IMG/VR virus record: IMGVR_UViG_3300033072_000723
Span: 6,259-70,258 of that record
Strand: one strand, 5' to 3'
DNA: 64,000 nucleotides
Source of the DNA: a virus
Taxonomy: Duplodnaviria; Caudoviricetes
Both the position numbers and the translations under genes were made by a program. Position 1 is the first letter of the stretch. Each line of letters starts with the position of its first letter. The notes below the pieces were generated by a model. It did no database searches, had not been told where the DNA came from, and worked only from the letters and a program-made list of their open reading frames with translations. Below, in pieces: positions 62,958 to 64,000 of this stretch.

Positions 62958-64000
62958 TTAATGCAGCGTCTCAGCATCGCCGTCCCTGTCGAACGATGGG
63001 GGCGGCGTTGCTTCGTCCGGTTCCGGAACGAAGTAGCGGCAATTGATGTTGTTGAATTTCATGCGCAGGATGCCAGGGCGCCCGACTGCGCGGAACCGCA
63101 CCTTCTGCACGATGATGTCCACGGCGCTGCCATTGATGGCCGACATGGGCTCCGGCCTGTGGACGATCAGACCGATGTCGGCCTTGTTGAAGAAGCTGGC
63201 TGAGCCGGCGATGTCATAGAGATTGGGGGGCGGCGTCTTGCCGTTCTCGCGCTGCATCTTGGCCGGGTGAGCCACAATCCAGACATGGACGGCGTGGTTG
63301 CGGGCAAACTGCCTGATCTTGGTCAGGCATTGGGCGATATGAGACGACTCGTTGACGAATTTGGCCTTGCTGTTGTCCAGCTCGCCCCAGGGGTCCAGAA
63401 CAAAGCCGTTAATTCCGTGTCTTGCCACCAGCGCTCGTGCTTTCTCCAGGATTGTGTCGATATCGGGCGCCGTGTTCTCGTCCAACCGGACGAAGTAGTA
63501 GTGCTGGTCAACCCAGTATAGCGCCCGCCGCAGCTCTGGCTCGGTCATGCGGATCGTGGGCCCTTCGCGGAACGGTCTTCCGTCGTGCAGCTCGGCCAAT
63601 TTGGACAGGTGTTCGTCGGGCGGGTTCTCGAACGAGCACAGACCGAATTTCCAATTAAGGCTGAGCGCCAGGTTGTGGGTGAGGGCGTCGATAAAAGCCG
63701 ATTTGCCGTGATTGGGAATACCCGTGACGATGCTGACTTCGCCCGGTCGGATGGTCATGAACTCGTCCAGCTCCGGCCATCCCGTCGAATACCCGCGCGA
63801 TCGCCCGGAGCGGTACAGCTGGAGCGTGGCGTCGAAGAAGGCGCTAGCCTCGAACACGCCGTCAATGGGCCAGGGCGCTGCTTGAAGCACGGACGCGGCG
63901 ATATTGCCGGAGCCTTGAAGCAGCAGAACTTCGTTGGCGTCCTTGCATTGGCCGTCCATGCCGTCCGGCCAGGAAACGCGCCAGCACTTGTCCTTGCCGA
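62958..64000 (-). CDS. Primase-helicase, DnaB/T7 gp4-like (start lies beyond the window)
   Basis: TOPRIM end WPDG..CKDANEVL, Walker A GIPNHGKS, FVLDPW, WIVAHP, YDIAGSASFFNKAD; frame open to the window end. Confidence 0.88.
   Translation of the reverse strand, partial: GKDKCWRVSWPDGMDGQCKDANEVLLLQGSGNIAASVLQAAPWPIDGVFEASAFFDATLQLYRSGRSRGYSTGWPELDEFMTIRPGEVSIVTGIPNHGKSAFIDALTHNLALSLNWKFGLCSFENPPDEHLSKLAELHDGRPFREGPTIRMTEPELRRALYWVDQHYYFVRLDENTAPDIDTILEKARALVARHGINGFVLDPWGELDNSKAKFVNESSHIAQCLTKIRQFARNHAVHVWIVAHPAKMQRENGKTPPPNLYDIAGSASFFNKADIGLIVHRPEPMSAINGSAVDIIVQKVRFRAVGRPGILRMKFNNINCRYFVPEPDEATPPPSFDRDGDAETLH

Noticed and set aside
1-64000. CRISPR array or mini-array
   Set aside because: No regularly spaced 25-45 bp repeats with unique spacers seen; the repeats found are intragenic pairs or short dispersed boxes
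1-64000. Alternative genetic code or stop readthrough
   Set aside because: Core genes are full length in code 11 and use TAA, TAG and TGA as coupled stops

Overview
The window is most of the genome of a GC-rich, podovirus-like tailed phage. The host is probably an alphaproteobacterium (GcrA-like gene, CtrA-type 8-mer, DUF1194-type protein). No tape measure, integrase or CRISPR array is visible. 1-38.8 kb (+) is the late module: end of a terminase large subunit carrying a LAGLIDADG intein, portal, GroES-like, scaffold, major capsid, a two-domain glycosyltransferase, fibres/spikes, adaptor and nozzle, ejection proteins including a 2603-aa polyvalent-type protein, and two HNH endonucleases. 38.7-40.5 kb (-) is a promoter-driven cassette inside the lysis region: a T-loop-containing structured RNA, a remodelled initiator-like tRNA(CAT), and an Acb2-like anti-CBASS gene fused in frame to an upstream small ORF. 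40.5-42.5 kb (+) holds an HNH gene and holin/endolysin/spanin candidates. 42.5-64 kb is the early/replication region: ERF recombinase, SSB-like, GcrA-like, VRR-NUC, two AAA+ ATPases, an isolated terminase small subunit, DNA methyltransferase, twin-arginine peptides, small membrane proteins, a second tRNA-shaped ncRNA, a vWA protein with a PEP-CTERM-like tail, DEDDh exonuclease, tRNA-Thr(TGT) and a primase-helicase. Most notable: (i) two non-canonical tRNA-like RNAs, each starting at the predicted +1 of its own promoter; (ii) an exact 11-bp motif (CAACTTGCAAC) in three early promoter regions; (iii) the anti-defence cassette; (iv) a recurring aromatic-x-x-GG-x-V motif in virion proteins. All family assignments come from motif recognition by eye; no searches or folding programs were run.
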